A DNA stretch of 64,000 nucleotides from Azolla caroliniana (taxonomy: Eukaryota; Plantae; Polypodiophyta). Position numbers and translations under genes: made by a program. The notes beneath the pieces are model-generated. The model was not told the origin of the DNA and did not search any database. It saw only the letters and a list, made by a program, of their open reading frames with translations. Each line of letters opens with the position of its first letter. Position 1 is the first letter of the stretch. Where the stretch lies: contig JBHGNT010000022.1 of the NCBI GenBank assembly GCA_043228905.1, positions 6,696,001 to 6,760,000 on the forward strand, read 5' to 3'. This document shows positions 39,661 to 51,000 of the stretch, in pieces.

Positions 39661-42645
39661 TGGGAAGCAGCTCTTGTGACCTACATTATATATTTTAGAT
39701 GATGGTACTAACATTCAAGGTTTTTTTGTTTCTTGCAATGAATGTTGTAGTGTCAAGCAACTCCACGCCAGGGAAGGTAATGGAACAACCAGCCCCTGTG
39801 CCTAAACCCTCAATATCTGCTGCACATTCCAAGGTTTAGGGACCATCATTACCAATAACCTATGATTTTTATGATGAGGATGAATGTATGAGAAGGGCCA
39901 TTGGAGCAGTGGAACATATGCTTCTACAAACAAATTCCCCAAGCTCCGGTCAACATCAAGAAATAGAGCCCACTAAGAAGAGAAATGCAGTTTCTTTACA
40001 AATAGAGCCCAGTAAGAAGAGAAATGCTGCAAGAATGTTGTATGGAAACAGCAAGAAAGGCAAAGTTGAATGCAATGGTGAGTCATATAAGTTCTCACCT
40101 GTCTGGAGCATTGTCAACCTAATCCATTGTCTAATACCATGTACTTGTGTTAGTAGCTGATGATGAAATGATATTTGGTGACGGAGATACGAGTCCAAAA
40201 CCTGATCATGAAGACGAATTTATCACACTCCCAGGTACACGTCAAAAGCCAGACTTTGAAAACAATGATTTAGCTCATAACAACCCTATTTTTGTTGTTA
40301 TTATAGATCATAACAACACTGTTGAGCACCTAGATGTTGTGGAGAAGATGACCGAGCCCACCACTTGCAATGGGGTATCTACGACTGTATAGTATGACGA
40401 TGTAACATTAGGTAAAAATGTGGCCCTAAACCCTATGTTCATTGTTTGCAAACTTTTGAGTATGTGAGTTCATACCAATATTCTTTGGAATCCCATTAAT
40501 TAGGTTTACAAGAGCAGTCTGATTCCCAACTGCAATCAAATGAATCGGGAACTTCATGGAGCACAAGTGCAGAATCAGATTCCCATCAGAGTCAGAATCA
40601 AATTAACCTTTGCAAGGAGGCAGACTCTGGAAGCACATCTTCCACACATGAGGATTGTGAGAAAAACGAAGCATTCATATGTGAAGAGCAGCTGGCATGT
40701 ACAAACAACACTATGTCTAAAGAAGCCTATGAGTGTGGAAAGAATATGGCAAGTACTGAAGAGAAGATTGAAGCCCATGAAGAGTGTGGAAAGAATATGG
40801 CAAGTACTGAAGAGAAGACTGATTGTACTGATAATGTGGCAAGTGCTGAAGAGAAGACTGATTGTACTGATAATGTGCTAGTACTATCTAAAGATTCCCA
40901 TGAGGATCATGGAAAGAACATTGCTAGTAATGAAGAGGAGCTTGATTGTACTAAGAATGTGCTAGTAGTGTCTTGTGAAGCCCATGAGGATCGTGGAAAG
41001 AACATTGCTTTCCCTGAAGATAAGCCTGATTGTACAGAATCCCATGAGGAGTGTAGAGCGAACAACGTTACTAATGAAGGTGGGCATGATTGTACTCAGA
41101 GCGAACAACGTTGTCTTAAGAATGAGGTGACATCCATCGTACAAGAGGAGTTGACCATGACTACTGCCACGGTCCACATACAGGAGTCTAATAAGAACGA
41201 GTGTATAGGCATCGGTGATGATGATAGGGCAATAAAGATCGCTAGGAGTACAAGCATTCAGGAGATGAGTGATAATTTGTCTATCGACAACACCTTTGTG
41301 GATTTGTGTACAAGCATTGCAGTTGCAGAAAACATTGTTGCTCTCTCAAGCTTGCCACCAGTACAAGGTGCCCGCGCATCCACGCCTGTCTCTGATGCCT
41401 CTGATGATGAAGTGCCACTTAGTCAGGTCATACCTAAAGGCTTTAAGATAAAGAAAAATGTAAAATCAGAAAAATCTGGCACCAACAACAAGCGCATTAC
41501 AAGATCGGCCAAGTTACCCTCTAGTGCCTGATTGTCTTTCGATTGTACTTGAACTTTAGTTGTTAGTGATGTCTGAAATTGAACTATTTGGATACCAAAA
41601 TACTGTTTCAATTGCCAATGTAAAAAATCCAGTTCATGAATTTGAAATAGTTATACCAGTGTGAAATCAAGTTCATGTTTAAGGATTGCTTCTATATTTT
41701 GCTCATCAACATATATCAAAAACAATGGGAATATACTTTTTGATCTAAGTATTCTTATTTTACAACGTTTTGTTTCTTTTTTGAGATCATCTCCTAATCC
41801 TCGCAAAGTCTTTCAGTCTATTGTAGATAAAATGCTTGAAAGTCTTCTTAGCTTGCTAGGAAAATTTAGGTTTTTAGGTGTTGATGATGAGAAACAGAAA
41901 ATATCGGGTATCGGGTGTTATTGAAGATATACTGAAGTATAAACTGTTTCATCAATCCCATTTGGACGGTAACCAGAATGTGTGCAAATTGTTGAAGCAA
42001 TGTGGGCCATATTTTGATGATATCATCCCAAAGGATGAATCATCCACTAACAGTAGTAAGGAAACACTTACCTTTTTGAGCTATCACAAATTATTGTTTC
42101 AGAAGTTGGATTATTTTGTTAAGGAAAGGAAGGTCTGTACTTTAAAATCCATAGCCTGGATATTCAGGACTTATATACAAGAAGTAAAAACTCAGATGGC
42201 TTCACAGGACATATCATGAAACAAAAAAGGATTCTGAGAAAATAATTTTCATTGTTGTCTTCACAGAATTCATCGCCCCCTTTGAAAAATGAACTTACAG
42301 TAGAAAATCTTACAATATTAAAGTCTTTAATGAATTCAACTAACAATCTTCTCTTGGTAGCAAAAGAAGAGCAGATTTATGTGCCAACAGAGGACACACC
42401 AACTCTGCAAAACTCCTATGCTCAAATAACATCAGGAAACATGAGCAATATCGGCAATGAAGAAATCCAAGTCCTGTTGACAACAACTAATATATTATGA
42501 AAGATAAGTACAAGTGGTTGAGAGGCATAAACCCTTTGGAAGAAAGACGAAATATATCAATTCATTTGTCAATCATCAAAATTAATAGTGAACTCCAAGT
42601 GGATGTTTTTCAGTTTTCTAGTACAATGTATTGATAGGGTGACTT

Positions 42646-45600
42646 TCAAGCATTAAATAGAGAGACCTCCCCTAATATGTGCTCATGAACCTCTTGGGGG
42701 ACCTTGTAGACAGTGTTGTATCCCTTAACCTTGTGCTTTGCTTGAGTCATATTGAATTTGATCGCAAGAATGGCATCAACGTAGATTATTGCGATGGGTG
42801 CTTCTTTTAGTAATGCATATGTGTTCTTGCACTGCGGCAACTTTGCATAATAGTTTCCATACACGACAGACTCACCAACGTTGAAATTGTTGCCCCAACC
42901 ATCCCTCACCACTTCTTTCAATAATGTCTTTCCTTGCTTGCACACCACAATGTAGTAGTCTTCTAAATCTTCATTCTGAGAATATTTGAGCACTGCAAAA
43001 TGATCTCCAACTTCCAATAAAACTGCCAAGTCTTGATTTTGGTTGTAGTATACAATATCGTTTGAATGCACATCCTCTTCAATATCATCTTGTCGTTCAG
43101 GCTCAAGCTTCTGCAGCTTCCAGGGCTCCACGATTGATAGGTTGATGCATTTATCCCAAGCTTCATCTAGACACATGGAACAAAAGCATGATAAACTACG
43201 GAGTAACAATTGGGTTGTGTCCTTGCGGCTAAACCCTAACACACAATGGGTGCTGTGTGTGCCTTTCACGGTTTTACAACCATATGATTTAGTTCTATCG
43301 ACCTCATCAGCGCGAACTTCAACAAACAATCTGTTCTTACCATCATTTGACATCTTCCATGTTAGCCACTGCACAACATCATGTGCATTTTGTAACTTAG
43401 CGCCATTATTATCCAACTGCTCACTTGTAAGGGCACGTTTGATCACAGCCCCCGCGCCATCATGCTCTCCTTTTCCATGTCCAGACCCGAAGTAATTCCA
43501 TTGCATACGAATATTGAATAAGGAGAAATACCTGCTTTGGTGAGTACAAGATGAGTACAATACTATGAGTACAACATGAGTAAATACTGATTTAGTACAA
43601 TTCTCTTAAGGACGGACAATACTATGAGTACAAGATGAGTACTTTATATCCTCCTGTAAACACAACATAGTACAGATACAACACACAACATAGTACAATG
43701 TGTCTATGGAGAACCCTTCACATGGATTAAAACATAATTAGTACAATTCTCTTAAGGACGGACAATACTATAAGTACAAGATGAGTACTTTACATCCTTT
43801 TGTAAACACAACATAGTACAAAACCAACACACAACATAGTACAATGTGTCTATGGAGAACCCTTCACATGGATTAATCGATACTTAGTACAATTCTCTTA
43901 AGGACGGACAATACTATGAGTACAAGATGAGTACTTTACATCCTCCTGTAAACACAACATAGTACAAATACAACACACAACATAGTACAATGTGTCTATG
44001 GAGAACCCTTCACATGGATTAAAACATAATTAGTACAATTCTCTTAAGGACGGACAATACTATAAGTACAAGATGAGTACTTTACATCCTTTTGTAAACA
44101 CAACATAGTACAAAACCAACACACAACATAGTACAATGTGTCTATGGAGAACCCTTCACATGGATTAATCGATACTTAGTACAATTCTCTTAAGGACGGA
44201 CAATACTATGAGTACAAGATGAGTACTTTACATCCTTTTGTAAACACAACATAGTACAGAACCAACACACAACATAGTACAATGTGTATATGGAGAACCC
44301 TTCACATGGATTAAAACATAATTAGTACAATTCTCTTAAGGACGGACAATACTCTAAGTACAAGATGAGTACTTTACATCCTTTTGTAAACACAACATAG
44401 TACAATGTGTCTATGGAGAACACTTCACATGGATAAAAAGATCATTAGTACAATTCTCTTAAGGACGGACAATACTATGAGTACAAGATGAGTACTTTAA
44501 ATCCTTCTGTAAACACAACATAGTACAATGTGTCTATGGAGAGCACTTCACATGGATTAAAAGTTACTTAGTACAACATAATACAAACAAAATTAGTATG
44601 CATGCATCCATTCACAAGTGCAAGATTCAAATAGTTAGAAACATAATTAGTATGCATCGATGTGACTAGTATTGTTTGTTAATAGTTACAAACATAATTA
44701 GTATGCATCCACTAACACAAGATTTACTTCCTTACACATTGCATGATAAGTATTAAACATATGGATTAAAAATTACCTGGCGATAAAGTAGAACGATCGC
44801 GTCGCCTTAAACTGCGAGGCAGCACCATTAGACCAAACCCAATGACGGTTAAAGGTTAACCCTAGAGAAAATAAATCTGCATGGTGAAGCTTAAAACAAT
44901 GTTGAACAAATAGTGTATCATGCTTTTTATCATCTGAAATGTAAAATATTGATTTCTTATGTAACTCACCGTCTTGCCTCCAATAGCAAATATGTACAAG
45001 TATTGTACATTGATCATTGTACCAATGCATTGATTGAACCTCATTTTGAACTTTAAATGTATAGTTTTCTGCAAAATCAATAACGGATACAATGACACCC
45101 GTTGGTAAGTTATTAATACATTCCTTGAACTGTGAATTTTGCCAATAACTCCGGAAGTTATGTGGAATAAACTCCCCAAGTTGTTTCTTAAATTCTGAGA
45201 CAAGGGTAGCAGCACATGTCTCCTTATATACTTCCTTGATACGCTTAGTTACAACTCCCTTGCCAATATTTTCAGTCACATACTCCAAATATTTCCATTT
45301 CACGATATGACTATTTCCCATATCAAGCTCCTGCCTACAAAATAATGGTAGCGGACAAACCTTACATGTTCTTAATAGACATGTACGACGATGCCACTCA
45401 CATGATGGTTCTTTTTCACAAACACAAGACCTCCATAGCTCAGAAACGGATGCATAAGTCATGTTTCATGCATTACACCTATTATCCTCCCCATTTGGTC
45501 TACAAATCTCACAAGTGCAGACACATAATTCCCCATGTATACCCTTAGAATCAGTACGCATTGCATTCACTGCTAGCCTTAACATGTCCATCTTCACATG

Positions 45601-46424
45601 GTACACACAACAACATGTATTCCTCTCATTTAATTTTCTAACATAAAATGGTTTCAAACCTTGGAACTTGCGGAATCCGACAGTCAAGCTTGGATGTTGG
45701 TCTTTAAAGTTCATGTATAATTCAGCCTACATCAACCAATATATATAGCAAACATTAATATACACTTGGTCAAAACACAAAGTTATGGAATGTGAATTGA
45801 TATAAAAAAATGGAATACCTCTGTCATCTCCAAGAAGTGTCTAGGGTGAATCTGGTACTTACCCTGACTTATTCGTTGTCTACACACGTCCTTCTTATTT
45901 GGTGAGACACGTGTATTTTTGGCCCAAAATGAATCCACTTTCTCAATAATCTCTTGAGATAAGGCATCACATCGTTGTCTACGTCCCGACCCCAGCCACT
46001 TGAATTTGCTTGAGTGTATATTTCGGCGATGTTTCCTCAAGTTCCTTCTTTGAATACCCAGGGCTAAGGCAACTTTAGTATCACTATATTTTTTTTCTCT
46101 CGCACCGTTCACAACCATGTGTAGGGCTGCCCTCTTTGCAGTAAGTTTGTCTAAGCTCTCTACACCTTTCACTAAGTCTAGGGATGACTTCATAGACTCC
46201 ACAATCTCTTCTGAAACACATTGGTCCCTAAATTTTATTCTCTCCATGTCTTCATTCAAACTTTGATGGTGTAACACTCTACAAATAATATCCCTACGAT
46301 CCTCTTCACTAAATCTCTTCGTTATTTCTACCAAATAACGAACTATGTGAAGAACCACTCGTCTCTTAGTCCTTTCAGATATGCATGAGTTACTTGACAA
46401 CTCACTCTCGTTAGGAACCCCCAT
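42646..46424 (-). pseudogene. Sola2-like DDD transposase, 3 exons, ~813 aa, inactivated
   Basis: Exons 46424-45819, 45726-44777 and 43531-42646 join in phase. Motifs: CCCVYH and Cys clusters, IDFAENY, EVQSMHW, ISDDKKHD, WSNGAASQFK (normally WSDG), YFGSGHGKGEHDGAGAVIKR, SCFCSMC. In-frame TGA at 45463-45465. Confidence 0.85.
43593..44580. repeat. 146-bp tandem array filling most of transposase intron 2
   Basis: tagtacaa(ttctcttaaggacggac) starts at 43593, 43739, 43885, 44031, 44177 and 44323 (period 146), then 44446 and 44569 (period 123); A/B alternation. Confidence 0.93.
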
Positions 46425-46479
46425 TCGGTCACTAGATTTATCCACAAAAATTAAGTGTCTTGCGAAAGTAGTTAATGTT

Positions 46480-47240
46480 ATATAGACTCAAGCAAGAAAA
46501 CACAATCAAATGTTTTTAAATGTGGCCTGCAAAGTGAGAAATATTTTGTTTCAAACATTAGAATTACATATCAAATATGACATGTCAATTCTAAAAATTT
46601 AGTACTTAAATATGAAGAAATGAAACATTTTAGTACTGAAAATAAAAAAAATGGATGGAAGGAACCTCCAATGGTGGAGGGAGCGTGGATATATAGACTC
46701 AACCAAGAAAACACAATCAAATGTTTTTAAATGTGGCCTGCAAAGTGAGAAATATTTTGTTTCAAACATTAGAATTACATATCAAATATGGCAAATGTCA
46801 ATTCTAAAAATTTAGTACTGAAATATGAAGAAATGAAACATTTTAGTACTGAAAATAAAAAAATGGATGGAAGGAACCTCCAATGGTGGAGGGAGCGTGG
46901 ATATATAGACTCAACCAAGAAAACACAATCAAATGTTTTTAAATGTGGCCTGCAAAGTGAGAAATATTTTGTTTCAAACATTAGAATTACATATCAAATA
47001 TGGCAAATGTCAATTCTAAAAATTTAGTACTGAAATATGAAGAAATGAAACATTTTAGTACTGAAAATAAAAAAATGGATGGAAGGAACCTCCAATGGTG
47101 GAGGGAGCGTTGGATATGCCGCCTCGATTTGGTGGAAGGAACCTCCAATGGTGGAGGGAGCGTGGATATACAGCCTCGATTTGGTGGAAGGAACCTCCAA
47201 TGGTGGAGGGAGTGTTGGATATGCCGCCTCGATTTGGTGT
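46480..47240. repeat. ~212-bp tandem repeat (x3) followed by 52-53-bp subrepeats, upstream of the transposase
   Basis: atatagactcaa at 46480, 46691 and 46903; ggaaggaacctccaatggtggagggag at 47081, 47134 and 47186. Confidence 0.9.
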
Positions 47241-47787
47241 AAAAAGCCCCAAATCACCACGACATCAACTGCAATCGGTGGAAGTACGAAAGTCGTTGTC
47301 GAAGAAGTGACTATTGGCTGCTACCTAAACCCTCAGAACAGTCTCTGTACCTCAACCGAAACCTAACAAAAACAGAAACCCTAAAAAAATCAGAAATCCT
47401 CAACTCAAACTCTCCAACCAGACATGGATGTCTGAGATTTAGATTGAAGGAAAATAAAAAACGTGACATGGATGTCTGTGATGAAAAGCTCAGAGAGATA
47501 GAGGAAGAACAGTATGAGGGGAATCGCCAAAACGACGTGAGGGGAAGCGCCAAAATCGACGTGAGGGGAAAATAGCCCCCAAAATGGAAGAACATCTCCT
47601 CACGTGTTCCCCCCACTCCTTCTACAGTAAATGACACTTGTACTACAGTCACCCCACTCTCCAAAATCGATTTTCTTTTTCTCTAATTTTTTTTCTGAAT
47701 TATTCAGTACTAACAGTATTGAAAGTACTGACAATTTTTGTGGCCAAAAACAGTACTTTTTTGGTACACCGTAGCTTGCTTCGACCC

Positions 47788-47927
47788 ATATTGTCTCAAG
47801 TTTTAATTTCTTTAGTTGATCTTGAGCAAGTGCATCAGCCTCTTTATTGTCTAAATGACTTACATGTTTCAATTGAACTTTATGGAAACACTTAATTAAA
47901 GTTAGTGCCTCCTTAAAAAACATACAT
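47788..47927 (-). pseudogene. 140-bp island of gypsy H pol (end of the additional RNase H)
   Basis: MFFKEALTLIKCFHKVQLKHVSHLDNKEADALA (RNase HI H...N..AD.LA motif), in frame with both neighbouring H fragments. Confidence 0.85.
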
Positions 47928-47983
47928 TATCGTGAAGGATTCTGGCTATAGTGTGAAACCGCGGTGGAATAGGGCAAGACGGT

Positions 47984-48023
47984 CGTGAACGTAAGTGTTT
48001 GCGGAAGCGTAAAACAGAGAACA

Positions 48024-48078
<55 letters not shown>

Positions 48079-51000
48079 AGAACACAATTTCAAAATTATA
48101 TCAAAACTCTATGTATACACTGTGCTAAGTAGCACTATTTATACAAGTCCTCTTGGGACTGACAGAAGTACCATGTACTTCAATGCTCACACGAGCATTT
48201 GACACTTACTACGAGACTATAGCTACCTAGTAGTCTATCCTATACTAGGCTTCCGATTGGACTTCCGGTTACGGATTGCACCCGGGCTCCACTGCTTGCT
48301 GGTTCGGTTGCTCACCGTCATACCGATCCGTTTCGCCCGATCCGTCTCGCTTACCGGCTCCGGCTTATTCAGCCGATCCGGCTCCGGTTGAGCTTGCCGC
48401 TCAACACTCCCCCTCAAGCTCAACCTGAGGTGGGGTGGTAGTGTCGACACCTCTGTGGCAGTCGGTTCTTCCAACCGACTTCTCCTGGCGTCACTCCGCC
48501 TTGCTCGCGCTCCTCGTCCGGTCCGGTCCCGTTTGCCGCGACCCCTTTGGTTCTGCGCGCCTCGACCCTCTCGGTCGGCATGTCTGCTCAATAGGCCCAT
48601 CTCAACACTCACGTTGCTGTGACTCTGGCCCTTGCCGATCCGTCGGTTCTCCCACGATGGCATCGACTTCCACTGTGTCCGTGTCCCCTTGGCCTTCAGT
48701 CGATCCGACTCATCCGGATCCATCTGTTGATCCGAGTTAGCTGTCTCTGACTCGTTCCAGCTCTTGTCCGAATCGGTACACTCCGATTCGACTTCCGGCT
48801 TTAGGCCTCTCACCACATCGGACCACTTCTGAGTCTTGGCCTTCTCCATGCTTCCCTCGGCTTCTTTAGCCGGTGAACCGAAATCGAATTCTTCATTCGA
48901 CTCTGTATCATGGTCAGTACCGTCGTGATGACCTCCGCACAACATGCACTTCTCTTCCTGAGTGCACAACTCTTCTTCACAGCCGTTTGCTCCGACCTGT
49001 TCGAATGTGTCGACTTCCTTCGTCGACTCGGCTTCCTTCATCTTCGTGTCTGCTCTTCTTCCGGCTCTCCTCTTACCGACGGGTTCAACAGTTTTTTGGC
49101 CTTTGCCCGTTTCGATAGAGCTCGTTTCGATAGACTTTGCCCTTGCTTCTCCCCCTCAAGTGCGGCACGTCGAGATGCTAAATACCAAGCATGTCGGTAA
49201 AGTGCTGCAACTTGTCCGATCTGAGCGGCTTGGTGAAGATGTTGGCAACTTGCCGATCCGTATGAACATACCGTAGGTCAACCTCACCGCTCAGGACCTG
49301 CTCACGCACGAAGTGGTAATGCACCTCGATGTGCTTTGTGCGAGCATGGAACACAGGGTTCCTGGCGAGCTGCAGGCTGCTCATGTTATCGCAGTAAATC
49401 GGGATCGGGGTCTGTACCTCGATTCGCAAGTCTCGCAGTAGTCGCCGAAGCCAGATGGCTTCACAAGTGGCAACGATAGCGGCCCGGTACTCAGCCTTAG
49501 TGCTTGACAAAGCCACTGTGGGCTGCTTCTTGCTGCTCCACGCAACGGCCGCGCTACCTATGGAGAACATGTATCCGGAAGTGGAGTGGCGATCAGACGC
49601 ATCGCCGGCCCAGTCAGCATCTGTGTAACCAACAAGCTCTTCGGGTATACCTCGCCGGTATAGCAGTCCCCGGTCCTTAGTGCCGCTAACATACCGTAAT
49701 ATTCGTTGCGCGCACTGAAGGTGCTCCACGATCGGCTTCTGCATGAACTGACTTACCATGCCGATCGGATAGCTGATGTCGGGTCGGGTGATGGTTAAGT
49801 AGATCAGGCTTCCGACAACCTGTCGGAACCGTTTCTCATTGCAGGCCGGTCCGGAGTTGGGACGGAGCTTCTGGTTCCAGTCCAGGGGTGTGGAGACAGG
49901 TCGGCAATCCGTCATGCCGAACTTGTACAACATATTGAACACGTAATGTCGTTGTGAGAGCAATATGTCGTCCGGGGTCCGGATCACATCGATCCCAAGA
50001 AAATAATGAAGGTTCCCCAGGTCCTTCATTTCGAATGCGTCCGACAACTGGGACTTGACGCGGTTGATTTCGGGAAGACCCGGTCCGGTGATGACTAAAT
50101 CATCCACATACAAGAGTATACATACCGGACCGTCAGAGCCTTGCTGGATGAACAACGAAGAGTTCGACTTAGAGACAGCAAACCCCAGCTTACGCAACCG
50201 GTGCGTGATCTTCGCATTCCAAGCTCGGGGGGCTTGCTTCAAGCCGTAAAGCGACTTCTTCAGTTGGCATACCGCCGACTTGTTCATCTCCGAGTGAAAT
50301 CCGGGGCGCTGAGTCATAAAGACTTCTTCTTCAAGCTCTCCTTGAAGGAAGGCGTTCTTCACATCCATCTGGTGAAGATGCCACCCCCTTGCCGCAGCAA
50401 CCGCCAGTACCACACGAACCGTCGTCATCTTCACCACAGGTGCGAAGGTCTCGTCGTAGTCGATTCCGTGGGTTTGCGCGTATCCCTTCGCCACTAACCG
50501 GGCTTTGTACCGGTTAACAGAACCGTCGGCGTTGTACTTGACCTTGTACACCCACTTGCATCGGATCGGTTTACAGTGACGGGGAGCATCAACTAGGTCC
50601 CAAGTTTCGTTGGCATCGAGTGCCCGCATTTCTTCGTCCATAGCGGCACGCCAATTTGCGTCCTTTGATGCTTCTACGTAGCTCTCCGGCTCACGCACTT
50701 TTGTCACCTTAGTCATGTATGCATAATGATGCGCCATGTATTCATTGTACCCGTACCGTATGACGGGATCCTTCTGGCGGGTTGATCGGCGCAACGCACT
50801 GTCACCTGATTTGAGGCCCTTCTTGGCCAGTTCGGTCTTCGTTGCCGAAGATCCACCTTTCTCCTTTCCGGAGTCGGATACGCACCGATCCGACTCATCG
50901 TTGCCGGTTTCGAATTCCGGCATCTTCCTCTTCCCCTTCTCTTTGCGCGTGAACCGTTTCCTCGGTTCCTTGCGCGGGGAGAGCACGGCAGAGTCTCCAC

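Larger units (their letters stand above)
35913..41531 (+). pseudogene. Transposon cargo gene: basic N-terminus, coiled coil, RING-H2 finger, acidic repetitive tail (~960 aa; 2 premature TAG)
   Basis: Phase-compatible GT-AG exons ~35913-35972, 36597-37619, 37710-37894, 39751-40077, 40154-40411, 40504-41531. RING-H2 CIFC-x15-C-L-H-x2-H-x2-C-x10-CMDC. In-frame TAGs at 39837 and 40390. True start codon not resolved. Confidence 0.72.
34323..47787 (-). mobile_element. 13.5-kb DNA transposon, Sola2-like, carrying transposase plus RING cargo gene
   Basis: 27-bp TIRs (GGGTCGAAGCATGCTACGGTGTACCAA at 34323-34349; 47761-47787; 26/27 identical). 4-bp TSD ATAT (34319-34322, 47788-47791). Removal restores the host gypsy frame LKLETI|CILEECKD. 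Confidence 0.9.

Noticed and set aside
42430-42480. Minus-strand peptide DLDFFIADIAH resembling an amino-methyltransferase motif IV
   Set aside because: No DPPY-type motif, an immediate stop, and no motif I or surrounding ORF.
45463-45465. In-frame TGA in the transposase as possible readthrough or RNA editing
   Set aside because: The copy also has a catalytic D>N change, so simple mutational decay is more parsimonious; U-to-C editing in ferns is organellar.
38440-47240. Regular repeats resembling CRISPR arrays
   Set aside because: Units are contiguous tandem copies with no unique spacers, there are no cas genes, and the context is eukaryotic and intronic.
46775-47366. Duplicated ORFs MANVNSKNLVLKY... 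and MEGTSNGGGS...
   Set aside because: They are translations of the 212-bp and 53-bp tandem units, with no protein-like features.
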